A stretch of 18,283 bases of DNA. Origin: Promethearchaeota archaeon. Lineage in GTDB: Archaea; Asgardarchaeota; Lokiarchaeia; Sigyniarchaeales; SOKP01. The first letter of the stretch is position 1; each line of letters opens with the position of its first letter. Position numbers and translations under genes: made by a program. The notes below the pieces were generated by a model, which had not been told where the DNA came from, did no database searches, and was given only the letters and a program-made list of their open reading frames with translations. Shown one piece after another: positions 17,828-18,283 of this stretch. The stretch spans positions 1 to 18,283 of the forward strand of contig JBHLNZ010000035.1 in the NCBI GenBank assembly GCA_048941015.1, written 5' to 3'.

Positions 17828-18283
17828 GTTATTCACATAAAATTCTGTTATTAACTTATGATTTGATATTAATTTTTAACTTTATAACAAATTTAATATT
17901 TAGAATAAGCAATTATTTATTAGGTTTCTTGTTAATTTCCTCTGGGAGTGCCTTTTAATATCACTTACTAAATTAGCTCAGTTTATTTCAAACTCACTTT
18001 ATTTTAATTAAAAAAATATTTTTCGCTGTTTAATGTGAGAATTTTAAAAAAAAAGCACTAAATTTTTAATTAATATTATTTATTTTCTTAAATATTTTCA
18101 ATCGCAGCGTTTTATTTTATAATAAAAAATTTAATAATATTGCTTTAATTAGTTAATACCTTAAAGGTTCGTGATATTAATATAACAATCTTAATATGAA
18201 TTTAAATAATACATTAAATGGTTTTTTTTCTTTTGTTACATTCATTATAATATTGTTATTTCAGATCTCTAATGGAATTCTTT

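Overview
Very AT-rich window, most likely archaeal. A Lokiarchaeia/Asgard-like source is my inference from the gene repertoire, oligo-T terminators and the GDGSxxDPYII beta-helix protein, not something the sequence proves. An ~14 kb surface-glycosylation locus (1090-14859) lies between purN on the left and a two-gene tungsten aldehyde oxidoreductase operon (AOR-family catalytic subunit plus 4x[4Fe-4S] subunit) on the right. The locus holds a WecF/GT56-like transferase, a WzxC-like flippase, two GT2s (one DPM-synthase-like), two GT4s plus a decayed GT4 remnant missed by the ORF track, a large GT-C-like membrane protein, two SAM methyltransferases, a membrane-anchored parallel beta-helix protein and a ParB/Sulfiredoxin-fold protein with no DNA-binding domain. 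The best candidate for a new system is the translationally coupled methyltransferase + ParB/Srx-fold pair, which may phosphorylate and methylate glycans (a split WbdD-like capping module). Also seen: a degenerate 21-bp tandem repeat that reads as a Cys-rich peptide, an in-frame 33-bp duplication, and an altered AOR active-site motif. No tRNA, rRNA, CRISPR array or transposase was recognised. All family calls come from motif recognition by eye, not database searches.
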